Below, one piece after another: positions 11,928-23,314 of a stretch of 34,060 nt of DNA (the stretch's first letter is position 1; every line of letters begins with the position of its first letter). The stretch covers positions 1 to 34,060 of the forward strand of contig MCFE01000806.1 of the NCBI GenBank assembly GCA_002104905.1. The letters run 5' to 3'. The notes beneath the pieces are model-generated. The model was given only the letters and a program-made list of their open reading frames with translations, did not search any database and was not told the DNA's origin. Source of the DNA: Basidiobolus meristosporus CBS 931.73 (Eukaryota > Fungi > Basidiobolomycota). The position numbers were made by a program, and so were the translations under genes.

Positions 11928-11968
11928 TAGGGTTAGGGTCACTCTGTGAAAAAAAAATTGGCCCTGCA

Positions 11969-12500
11969 GGTGGATCCAGTCCCAGTCAGCCATTGGGATC
12001 CCACCAAGAGACCATCATAATGAAGGCGGCTTAGAATTAATGCCCTTTTATGCAATCTAATGATGGGATCACAGCAGGGCTTTGCTAACTACACTACTGA
12101 GTAAAGTTAAAAACTTGACAGGGTTTTGGTGGTCTTTCAACAAGAGTTGCATGGCACTGTGATGGTCTTGATGTGCTGTACATCTACTTGAGCAGACATG
12201 ACTGGCCAGCACATCAAATTGCCTTGGATGGCAAGAAACTTAACAGCTTTTTGATGGCCCATTGCAAGCCACTGATGGTATATCAATAGCAGTATGACAG
12301 CCTAGAGCTAGTTCTGTACAATGCTACCTTACAAATTTACCAAATGGTATTTCCTTTTTCCACTTTCCCCTTCACCATTCATATTTCCACTGTCAAGTCA
12401 CCCCCCTTTGTTTGCTTACTCACTACTACCATGGATATTCCACATATAGTTTGAATAAAAAAACACTATGGCCTCCTGCTTACTTACCTCTACATATGCT
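11969..12500. repeat. Diverged direct repeat, copy 1 (partner 13037-13590, period about 1070 bp)
   Basis: Colinear shared blocks GGTGGATC, CATCATAA, AAACTTGACA, AATTGCCTTG.ATGG.AAGAAACTTAA and CCTGCTTAC at offsets 1068-1086. Confidence 0.7.
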
Positions 12501-13036
12501 CACACTTGACATAATTGACATACTTCTATCACCTCAACTTCATGGCTTTTTAGTGCAATACCTGCAAAGTTGCCATATACCTTGTGTTGCTGGTGACATA
12601 TACATCTTGCAAACATATGCTTGGTTGCTGCCACTTTTGCCATGAATACCTCCTAAATATTCACAAAGGGAAATCCGGCATTACTTGGCAGAGTTTTCCT
12701 AATAAAAATTGGTTGCTTGTTGCACCTGACTCAACTTTGCATTACTTAGCTTCTTAATGCCATAGGCATAGGTGTCTTCATGTGCACATCTGTCCTCAGT
12801 ATTTTCCAACTCTTTGTGGCTGTCCTCCATGTGCCAGATCATCACATCCATGACTGACTTGAAGGTAATATTCTTGATAAGACTAGGATATGGTAGTACC
12901 TGTGACTTGACTTGTCATCCTATTTCCCTGCACATCTACCATATAGGAATCTCCCAAAAGGTGAAGCAAGGCTCATACCCTCTACACAATAAGAAAGATG
13001 GAGTAAAGACCCTATGAAGAATATTTTGGTCCCATG

Positions 13037-13590
13037 GGTGGATCTAATCCAGATCAGCTGTCCGGATACCATTGAGAGAGCATCATAACACCAGCAGCTT
13101 GGAATTAGTGACCCTCAAAACAATCTTAAAACAGGATTGTGACGGTGTTTTGCTAATTTTATAACCAAATAAAGGGATAAAACTTGACAATTTTTTATTG
13201 AAGCTGCAACAATAATTGCATGGTATTGTTGCGGTCTTTTAGTGCTCTACAACTATTTGAAGTGGATACAGTTGGTCCAGACATCCAATTGCCTTGTATG
13301 GTAAGAAACTTAATGGTATTTTGAAGGCCTCACAGCAAGACTCTGATGAAACTAGACTTGTTCTCTTGGATAGTACCACATTGAGCCATGAGTGCCAAAT
13401 GATGCCATAGTGCGCTGTAGTGGGGTGACAGTGACACCCACTGACAGATGTGCTCATTCCCTTATTTTCTACTTCCCTATATCTCTGCTACACTTATTTT
13501 AGTTTTATCCCATTTGTCTTACCCAATCAGTACTATCCCATAAGCCAGTTGACTATCACACCTGCTTACCTTATTGCATAAGTTACCCCT
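13037..13590. repeat. Diverged direct repeat, copy 2
   Basis: Same blocks as 11969-12500. Confidence 0.7.
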
Positions 13591-14498
13591 CACTTTATGT
13601 AAGATTACTAGCTATAAGTACTTCTACATTAGGCAAGTACCCGCGCCAGTACCCGTGACACATGATCAGCCCATGTCACCATCCCTACCATTTCCATACC
13701 ATATATGGTATCCCCATGTTACACAGGTTTCAGAATACTGATTCCTGATTGGTTGGATGTGCTGTGCCTCTTAGAACCTTCCGGCACCTACTTAGAACAT
13801 TCTTAGGTCATTCTGATGTCATTAAGATTTCTATTGATCTCCGGAACCTTCTGGAACACCATGATTAGTAATCACTTAGCCAGTGAGAAAAGTATATAAG
13901 GGAGGCTATCCCTCAACAATAAATCATCATCCCTTTTATCAATATACCGACTTGTTGATTAGTGTGATCACTGCTACCTGCTGCTACCTGAACTTCCAAC
14001 CCTAGACCACAGGACACTCCCAGGAAACCGCGCTGACAGCCAACTGACCTTGGAGGCACTACTTGTGAGGAATACTCAGAGTAGGTATCTTTTATTATAT
14101 TTTATTCTTTCCCAAGTTTGTTCTTGTACAGGCAAAGATACTTTTCTGTGTTTGTAACTATTGACCAAAGCTGCATTCTTATCAAGTCCCTGCTGGTGGA
14201 GTTTACAGTTGTTTTGACTTTGGAAGCTTTAGTACATTGTCATCTCAAAGGACGCTGAACCCAGCACATACTTTTGTTAAGACGCCAACTAAGTTGGGGA
14301 TTGTAGCTCAATAGTTTTCCCTTGACAAGCTTGTGGCTTTATTCCCCTTCACATTAGATTAGAGACAGAACCCAAGTATTCCTAGCAAGCTTTTGCCAGA
14401 GGTTATTGCACCCGGTGAACACCCCACACACAAAACACTTGAGAAGTGTTGGACGTATCTCTCCCTTGGACTTATACACCACCACAGCGCCAGGAAGG
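13416..14498 (+). mobile_element. Family F copy 1: LTR-like segment plus long leader, probably Ty3/gypsy
   Basis: Begins TGTAGTGGGG; TATATAA 13893-13899 then AATAAA 13918-13923; homologous to inverted copy 18593-19740. The LTR 3' boundary is unresolved. Confidence 0.6.
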
Positions 14499-15083
14499 CC
14501 AAGTGCACCCATACCTGGCCACACAGTGTGAAACACATCCTCATGTAAAGCAGCCCCTATGTTTCACCCATTGTGCTGGAGAAAATTCATTTTTTGACCT
14601 ATTTTTTTAGATCAATGTTGTGCAGGATGTGTAAGAGCACAAAAGGACTGAAGATAAGCATCTGGTACTCAATACCCATGGCACTCTGAATCTAGCTCCT
14701 GTGGCTTGTAACATGTCACAAAAATGCACAGCACTATCTTGGTCCACTGGTACAATCTGGCACTATAGGTGCTTTGTATAGGTCTTGCTTTAGGGCTAAT
14801 AATTAAATATAGTGCCAGATTGTACCAGTGGACCAAGATAGTGCTGTGCATTTTTGTGACATGTTACAAGCCACAGGAGCTAGATTCAGAGTGCCATGGG
14901 TATTGAGTACCTGATGCATGTCTTCAGTTCTCCTGTGCTCTTACACATCTTGAACTACATTGATCCACAAAAAAAGGTCAAAAATGGACTTTCTCCGGCA
15001 CAATGGATGAAACACAGGGGCTACTTTGCATGAAGATACAGAACTATGTTTCATACTCTGTGGCCAAGTATAGGCTCACTTGG
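14499..15083. repeat. 585-bp fold-back (MITE-like long inverted repeat) with 40-bp spacer
   Basis: Arms 14499-14767 and 14808-15083. Inner 104 bp (14664-14767 / 14808-14911) are perfectly complementary; outer arms roughly 80%. Confidence 0.95.
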
Positions 15084-15109
15084 TGTGACAGTGACTGACA
15101 GGATAGATG

Positions 15110-15830
15110 CAATGGCCCAGCAAAATCATGAAGTAGCTCAGAGTCAGGATGAGTAAATAATAAATGTAGTGCTATTGTTATCCCACATAGAGAACCCAGT
15201 TTTTAGACTACAATGAGGGAACTCAAGTAGCTCATTGCCACAGTCAAAAAATAAGCTATTTCTCAATGTAACATCAGAGGAGTACCATACAGTCTTTGAA
15301 GCACAACAACAGTGCTCAATGATCAAGCCTGTATAAAGACCTGTTGAAGCATAGCAGCAAGAGACTTTGATCTATAAACTGAGATATAACAGTAAAAAGA
15401 TATTGAAGATCTGTGAAGCTGTTGAGTGCAATAATGAAGAGCTGGCTAATATTCAGGAGGCATCAGGATTCTAGCATGGCATCACCTTAAGGCCAGCATA
15501 TCATGGGACCTTTCCAGAATTTAAGGCCAAGTAGAATATACTTAATCTGTACCATGGGCATTTACCTGGATTCAAGAAGACAACCATATTTTGGGCCAGC
15601 ATTTTCATGCTAAGAAAGTATCTGAGAAATGGCAGAATCTAGTATAGGCAAAAGAACAATGGTGCCACAGCTTATAACCTGCAAGTACCTTGAGAGCTTG
15701 TTGCAAACAGGCTGAAAGCTACAAAAAGCAGGAATAAAATGTTGTATAGCAAGTGGAGATCTGGTGATGGACAAGCAGGCAGGAACAAGGCAGCAGTGCA
15801 ATATTCATCAAGCAAATGAGACAATTCAGT
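15110..15830 (+). pseudogene. Possible degenerate retrotransposon gag following F1 leader
   Basis: Stop-riddled frame includes FTWIQ...QHFHAKKVSEKWQNLV*, loosely like the Ty3 Gag W..F...F...L.Q pattern; weak. Confidence 0.3.
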
Positions 15831-16730
15831 AGTCCAATACTTCAACAGAGCATATATGCAGATTTTGGGGCTCTTGGGTCAACTTCACATTCTCAAATTG
15901 TTGGTACCTGATGTTTGGGTGAAAATGTTCTTGGTGAGTCCAAACAAGGAATTTGGTCAGTATTCTCTGAGATTTGTAAGTAATGATAAAAGTGACTAAG
16001 ACTGGTAAGTACTTAGGTGGATTTACAAAAATTTCCACAAAAATCCCACTCAACTTAATGTCCAAACTGATCAGTCTTAAATCTGGCTAAAAATATCCTC
16101 ATTACTCTCTGGCTAATAGTTTGATAACCTTGTCTGCAACCACTTCACTTGTAAGGCAGTAAAATATGCCAACTAAGTTATTCTCTGTTGCTTCCCATAG
16201 TATATCAGCTCAAATATAAATATGGTGCATTTTAGCATGAAAAGGTGTATTTCTACCAAACTTAAATACTATTGTTTATTGTGAAATAGAGCAATGTACT
16301 TGCTGACATAAGCCCAAGTGTCTGAATAGCTTGCTTAGCCACATTGCTACTCTTGTAGCCTAACAGGTTGCTATATACTCTGCTTTGGAGGAGGAAAATG
16401 CTACAGTTGCTTTTTAACTTAAATTCTGTGATTTGCTTCTTTAGAATAAAGAAATGTATATCCTGTGGCAGGTCATCTGTCTTCTAAATTTTTCCCCAAT
16501 CAGCATCAAAGTACTCTACAATACACTGCTTGGAAACCTTAAATGAGCACCTTAAGCAGATATATATATATATACATAGTAGGGGGTATTTGTTTGTGCT
16601 CAAAGCATGACATACACTATACTGCAGACCATTGATTCATAATAGTAGTCATGTCTCTCAGATGGCACCATGTTTTCTTGATTTGGTTTACCTTTGACAG
16701 AGTAATAGTTTGTCTCCATTAGGGTAGTTG

Positions 16731-17099
16731 TGTTACAAGTCTTGATATAAGAGTTGTAGAGGAATAGGGAGTTTAGCTAGTATTGTATTTACTAAAACTT
16801 GAACTGATTTTTATTGAGGTTCCAGCAGCTCCTTATATACATTTTGCCAGATCAATTGCTGACTAATTGTATTTCCTAGTGTAGGCTATGGCTGATGACT
16901 CATTTGATTGCATCATCATCACCCAATAAGATCCTATTTAATATACCTATATCTGTCTGATAAGGATCTGCTGATTTATTTGCTGACTAATGCTACTGAT
17001 TTAATGGATAATACTAATATACTGTTAAGCTGAGCATATAACTAATTGAATTGACTAAAAACTGATCTAACTTAACAATTTAAGCAGTAGATCATAACA
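16731..17099 (-). repeat. Solo LTR of gypsy family E (369 bp) inserted in RT of the old copia
   Basis: Reverse complement of the 30361-30728 LTR; TGTTA...TAACA ends; 4-bp TSD GTTG (16727-16730 / 17100-17103). Confidence 0.93.
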
Positions 17100-17462
17100 G
17101 TTGCTGGCTTACAGTCTTCCATTTAGTAGTTCCTGAGTATATATTGCATAAACTAGGATTGGCTTAGGGCAATACTCTTATTACTTCTGTCTAAGGAGAA
17201 CAGTGACCCTAAGTAATAACTGAGCATGCCTCAATTGGATAGGTACATAAAGTTACTATATGGTATTAATAGAAGTCTCAGGCATACATGTGCCAAGTTT
17301 TAGCTCATTTGGACAAGTTTCAGACCTTCCTACAATTCTCTACTTAACTAATTCCTGATAGTTAGCAAGTATCTTACAAGCTAATTACAAAGTTAATATT
17401 CAGAAATACATCACTTAATCAAGTGCAATTTCATTGCTTATTAACAAGTAGAGATTTGGCCG

Positions 17463-17493
17463 GACCATTTGGTCCAATTTGGACCAAATGGTC
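17463..17493. repeat. Perfect 31-bp palindrome (15-bp arms, 1-nt loop)
   Basis: GACCATTTGGTCCAA-T-TTGGACCAAATGGTC. Confidence 0.95.
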
Positions 17494-17641
17494 TAATTAA
17501 ATACAATTGTTTTTTCTGGATGGGTGTCTTACTTTGTTTATTTCATATCATATTTTGGTAAACAAGAATCTGAATATTTATTTTTTGGAGTTGTTTTGAT
17601 AATTTGTCATATTTGTTTTATCTTATCTTAAGACTTGAACC

Positions 17642-20600
17642 ATGCCTCCTGCCAGTAAATATCTTGATGTTAATGTGCATGTATCAGTATCCAAGCAATT
17701 TATCAAACATAAGGAAGTTAAACAACTTTTATCTCTGCATTTTGACTGGAATACACCTGGTTTGAGCTTCAAGGGAGTTACCACTGCACGCTCAACAGTC
17801 AACGGCAATGTGAAATATGATGTCATTTTGGCTCTGGTACCAGGGATTATATTGACTCTTTCACAAAACTGTTTAAAGTATATTAAGGGTAACAGTATTG
17901 ATACCTTAACATTGAACCTGCAACTGCTAATACTATTAAGAGTATTGTCACTGAAGACCTATTGAAGGATGCAATCCAAGAAGAAGAGCAGGAGGAAGAT
18001 GAAATTGACCTTGCTGCAGCAGACACCTGGATAACTGGGCAAGTACATATTGGTTCCAGTACAAGTGGGCCAGCTGATGGTCTTACCTCCCTGAAAGCTT
18101 GGTTAGATATGAAAAATGCTGGAAATGCCTCATCACTGGATTATTTCTTGTTCTTCCTTCCTTTAGATCACTTTTGCACTATTGTATGGAGGATTAATGC
18201 TTATGCAACTAGCATTGGCCCCTGGATGGACATTACATTTGCCAAGTACATGATGTGGATTGCATTAATAACTGTAATAACAGTTATCAATCATTCCAAC
18301 AAAAAAGCTTACTGGAAGCAAGGCTCGTCTCTTTTCTTAATGAACATTGACTCTATGGAATATTTGTTGTATAGAAGAATTAAAGAGATTCTGAAAACAC
18401 ACGTTCTGAAAATCCCTTTCTGAGAACATCAAGAAATCAATGCTTGTTATCAAATTAGATCAACTATTGACACCTTTAATGAACACATGAAAACTTGTTT
18501 AGAGCCCTGCAAGTATTTAGCTATTGACAAATCAATGAATTAATGGTTAGGAGCTGGTTTGCCCAATGTTAAGAAAGTCCTAAGGAAGCCGTTGGTTCTA
18601 AATTACTGTTCAACCTGGTCAGCTACCTGTATCCACTGTTGGGTATATATTGTATGCTTTCTGGTGTGGTGGTGTATAGGTCCAAGGGAGAGATACATTC
18701 AACACTTCTCAAGTGTGAATGTGTGTGGGGTGTTTGCTGGGTGCAATAACCCCTGGCAAAAGCTTGCTAGGAATACTGGGTCTTTTGTCTAATCTAATGT
18801 GAAGGGGTTAAAGCCTCAAGCTTGTCAAGGGAAAACTATTGAACTACAATCCCCAACTTAGTTGGTGTCTTAACAAAAGTTTATAATGGCTTCAACATCC
18901 TTTGAGATGACAGTGTACTAAAGCTTCCAAAGTCAAAACAACTGTGAACTCCACCAAGAGGGACTTGATAAGAATACAGCTTTGACCAATAGTTACAAAG
19001 ACTGAAAAGTATCTTTGCCTGTACAAAAACAAACTTGGGAAAGAATAAAATATAATAAAATATACCTACTCTGAGTATTCCTCACAAGTAGTGCCTCCAA
19101 GGTCAGTTGGCTGTCAGCCTGGTTTCCTGGGAGTATTGTCAGGTCTGAGTCAGAAAGTAGTGGTAATAGGCAGCTGTGATCTCACTGATCAATAAGTCAG
19201 AATATTGGAAGAGGAATGATTTATTTTAAGGGATAGCCTCCCTTATATACTTTTTTGCTGCTCAAATTCTTGCTAGAAAATACTTTCCAGAAGTTTCCAG
19301 AAGGTAGTAGACAGCCAATCATGTCATTGTGTACCAAAAATAGCTCAAATTCTTGGCAGATTGTTCCATGAGACATAGTAGCACCTAGCCAATCAGATAG
19401 TGGTAATATGAAACCTCTGTGTCATGTAGTTACCACATATGGTAGTAGGATAGGAGGGTTATGAAACCAGGATGGTCACATGACATAGGCACTGTTGGGG
19501 GTACTTGCCTTATATGGTAAATATCTTATCTTGGCATCTTGGTAAGGAATCGGAATAGCTTGTGCAATGGGTTAATAGTGACAAATAGTTTGCCAGGTTG
19601 CATAGTAATAATCACATAGACAGATAGAAAATATTGCAATTTGGGATGATACTAATATAGGGGGGGGTAATCCTTTTTAGGGAAGTGAACATATGGGAAT
19701 GAGCACATCTGACTGTGGGTGTCACTGTGACCCCACTACACTGCATCCCATCAGACAGGAGTTCAAGACTTTAGCAGACCATCACACTGCTTGTATCCTG
19801 AGAATAGATACAGTGAGAAATTGGTTACAGAAGGAATATAACAATGATCCTGGTATGTCCAAGTTGACTTCCACTGTCAAGCAATTAGTAAAGCCTTGGT
19901 TTGGTACTGTCCTTACCATTATTGCTGACACTTGGTTTAGATCCCCAAATATGTCAATGATGCTGGCTGAACTTGGTCTGTATTCCATTATGCAAGTGAC
20001 TAAATGCTGCTACTGGCCATGTGGTAGGCCCACCACTGATATTGTTGCCAGTGTTGGCAGCTTGTATGGTGCTCACTTTACTACAAACAAGGCAACAAGG
20101 AGCAGGAGAATCTGTGTCTGTGCCTACCATGATTACAAGATCAAAGTACATATTTCTTCTTGCATCACAACAAGGCTTTACTGGACGGAGAACTTTTGTA
20201 GGGGACAATGGTGAAGTGGTAACCATTCAGCAATCAGAAGTGGTTGAAGAATATGAGAACCATAAAAGTAAGTAGAATCCTGTCTTCAGAAAACAACATG
20301 TGCTCCATTTACAATATTTGCAGGTTTGGTTGATGCTGCTAATAACCTTTGCGATAATTTGACATCTTAGCATGATGTTATATCTACAGAAAGATGGGAG
20401 ATGTGTTTCTACAGCTTCATCCTAATATTTGTGAAGCCAATGCCTATAGCTCTTATTGTACATTTTCTTATCAAAAGCATGGCTTATCTCATTTCTCTTT
20501 CAAGGATATTTTATCATACAATTTCTTGCAATATTGTAAGAATTTGGCTGGTTCAGGCATCAAGGGGCCCTTAGGTAGTCAGAGGCAACTCAGAAGTGAT

Positions 20601-20800
20601 AAAAATCACACTTACCTGTCCATGAGTAAAGGTTATGGCTCAAAGCGCCAAGATTAGCTTGCAAAACTTGTACTGCTGCCCATGTTACAGGCACTAAGGT
20701 CAAGTTTTCATGCAGTTGCAACCCAGGCCACCCAATGTGCAATAACTGATATACCAGGCACTTGAAGGTGGCATATGAAAAAACAAATAAAGCTCAATAA
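17642..20800 (+). pseudogene. piggyBac-type (DDE_Tnp_1_7-like) transposase, split by F2
   Basis: YLAID(K/E)SMN.WLG, RKP|HPI.QEFKTLAD, IIADTWF.S, VDAANNL and C-terminal Cys-rich CKTC...SCSC...PMC motifs. Confidence 0.85.
18593..19740 (-). mobile_element. Family F copy 2, inverted, inserted between KP and HP codons of the transposase
   Basis: Reverse complement of 13416-14498; starts TGTAGTGGGG at 19740; possible degenerate 4-bp TSD CCGT / CTGC. Confidence 0.8.
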
Positions 20801-21981
20801 TTCTTTGCAGTTGGTAGGATTGGCTATAAAATGTTTGAAATATAATTGCTTAAAGCCATACCTGTTGTTCATCAATGAAGTGTAAGACCATTTGGTCTGC
20901 TTAAAATTTGCCAATAGTTGCTTCAGTAAAGGCAACATAAGACAAAGTATTTGCAACCATTTTGAAAAAATCAAAATACCAGCACAAAGTGCATACCAGA
21001 GAGATTTCATAAACTTTGTTTCAACTTCATCTATCCTTGCTATGAGGTCAAGATAATGAAAATACAATCATTCCAAATGGTCCAATTGGGCTAATCTCTA
21101 CTTGATGATAATAAGTGGACTTCTAATTATTTCAACAAATACTTGGCTGCAATTGTCAATATTAGTCTGATAAAATCAAACTTAGTGCAAGTGAAACAGT
21201 CTCAGTGTAGTTCAGCCCTTTGGTATTAGAGTGTGCTTGGGCCACAATCCTGGCTGAGTATTACTCAATAAAGCCATCAGCCTTATATTCTGTCTTGCCA
21301 ACCCATCTGCATACAACTGACAAAACCCAGTGTGATAATCAATCAGGGGCTAATACTCCTCTGACAATGCAGATATTTAAAACCCATGGTGAGGACTATC
21401 CAAAGCCTCTTTAACATTCAGGGGTACATCAATATGGAATGAATAGGCTTAGGCTAAGCTATTTCTGGTCCAGTTAGATCCCCCAGTGTTTAATACCACA
21501 ATGCCACTTCTGGGACATTCCTGGGCTATGATTCAGACTGAACCTTGATTTGAAAGTCCTCTCTGTGGGCTATTACTGACTGAACTTAGTAGCTGGGAGA
21601 GTTTGTAGGTCAAGCCAGTACCACTTCCTTCAGAATAGCTTCCACTAGAAGGTAGCAAGGTATTAAAGATTTATGCTTATTACATCAAAACCTTTTCCCT
21701 TTCAACTTGCCTCTATTGCCTATATGTATATCTCACTGAGAGAGGCCTAAGTGGTAGACAATATGATATAAAATAGGGGCATGGGCACCTTCCTGTTATG
21801 GTAAGTGTTCTACTGGGTAAAGACAGCAATAGGAGGAAGGATGTATGAGGGACTCATAGCAAGTATACTGGCAGACTTTTGGTAGGACTCTGGGGGAGCT
21901 TCTGGACAAGGAGTGGGTACTACTTATAGTGCTCACATATCCTGGGGGTTAAGAGGGAGATTTGTCCTTGAAGTTCTATGG

Positions 21982-23314
21982 CTAACTTGCTTCTCTAGGG
22001 TAGATTTTGTTTACAGAGCATGGGGAATCACCATAGTACCATTCTTGGTTATCACTTGCAAGGGGATTGCTGACATGTACCTGATACCATTTGGCAGCAG
22101 ATTGAGGGGTGGCTTGGGTTGTTTGAGGGATGTTTTCCCCAGAGCTAAACAATTGGCAAACCATAGAGTTCTGTGTGAGCTCCTTGGGGGGATTGGAGTA
22201 CAAGAAGAGATGCAATAATGCAATAAAGCCTTGTGTCTTTATCTTGCAAATATTGTTGGGGCCTGTCCTTGAGCTCTTTTGAAGAGGGCATAGACTTGGT
22301 AGACAATCAACTGTTGTCAATCACAAGTGTTTGCTTCTTTGGAGGCATATTGTAGTTCTTTTGAGGAGACTGTGGTGCAATCAAGGCATTTTTGCACTTG
22401 CCTCATGGTTCTTTCAGAGTCCAAGGTGGTTTCTTTGATTTCTTGGAGTTGGCCTTTGTACTGGCTCCTGAGTTGTCCTATAGTGAGCCATTGTGACAGT
22501 GGCAACACAGCAACATGGGGGGGTTGCATGGGTCAACTGGCCAGTGTATTTAATCTGCTCACTTATCCTCTCCAGAATGGTTCCTTCTTGGAAATGAAGT
22601 CAAAATGTTTGCAGCTTTCTTGGGGGAGTCCTTCACCAGGAGCTCTGCTTCTGATGCTCTAACAGCTTGTACCAGGTCTGCATATACCTCAACAACTGTG
22701 GTGCCAATCAATGGTAAGTACGCAGCAAAGTAGGAGGGCTCTTGAGGACTTGTGCAGGCACACCAGTCAATTCCTTGCATATTATGTCTGAATGTGTCCT
22801 GTATGGACATGGAGATTAATGCAGCAGCCTTCTATTTACTGATCAAGAAACCTCCTCTCAGGTGGTACACTATCTTCTTAGGTAGTATCTCTATACTTTG
22901 TAATGGTGCAGATAACTTGTCTTGTCTTTCTTTGATTGTGAGTTGTATCAATATGTCTGCTCTGGCAAACATTTCTTCATAGGCTGTTCTTGTTGCATAT
23001 AATACTTGTATCATATCTTTCAACACCTGCAGGTTGATCTTTTTTTCAATATTACTTTGATATTTGCTGGTGGGAGAAGTATTGCTAATCATGGGTGAAC
23101 AGTTTCCTTTGGCACTTTCCATATACATTCTTTTATTCTCCCTTTTAGGCAAACTTCCTTGAGCATATTGTTTGTACCTATATTGACTAAAATCTCTTCC
23201 CAAAGGGTCACATGTCATGTTAGTGTCTGCATATTTAGGTGAATTTAATGAATTCCATGGATCCAATTGAGCTGTACAAGTCTGAGCTGAAAGGGTTACT
23301 TCTGGATGCTGCAA
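21982..23314 (-). pseudogene. Unassigned decayed coding remnant
   Basis: One frame runs 23314-22559 (about 250 codons, one stop) and further minus-strand ORFs follow; no motif recognised. Confidence 0.3.

Larger units (their letters stand above)
17270..21125 (+). mobile_element. piggyBac-like DNA transposon remnant (ends tentative)
   Basis: Contains transposase pseudogene. The subterminal motif 17445-17473 recurs inverted at about 21073-21104. Candidate 8-bp TIR TAGAAGTC / GACTTCTA; TTAA on the left only. Confidence 0.6.
15850..21570 (-). mobile_element. Old, heavily decayed A-like copia on minus strand (pieces 21570-21140, 17250-17100, 16730-15850)
   Basis: Reverse complement aligns to family A RT start (CRW..KT.YKADG), RT (LSYYLG, MEDCKPA), RNase H (DADWG, AEY.A), PPT GAGTGGGA at about 16044-16051 and a degenerate LTR at about 16042-15850. 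Confidence 0.8.

Noticed and set aside
12700-12945. Minus-strand open frame (SVMDVMIWHMED...YAYGIKKL) with a Gag-like feel
   Set aside because: Resemblance too vague to assign without a profile search.
16560-16574. (TA)7 microsatellite
   Set aside because: Simple slippage expansion inside decayed copia RT.
18589-19744. F2 as a clean solo LTR with 4-bp TSD
   Set aside because: TSD needs two mismatches and F1 continues into possible gag at the equivalent point, so the boundary is not established.
20708-21067. 119-aa minus-strand ORF near the piggyBac 3' end
   Set aside because: Overlaps the transposase C-terminus antisense and AT-rich 3' region; no motif.
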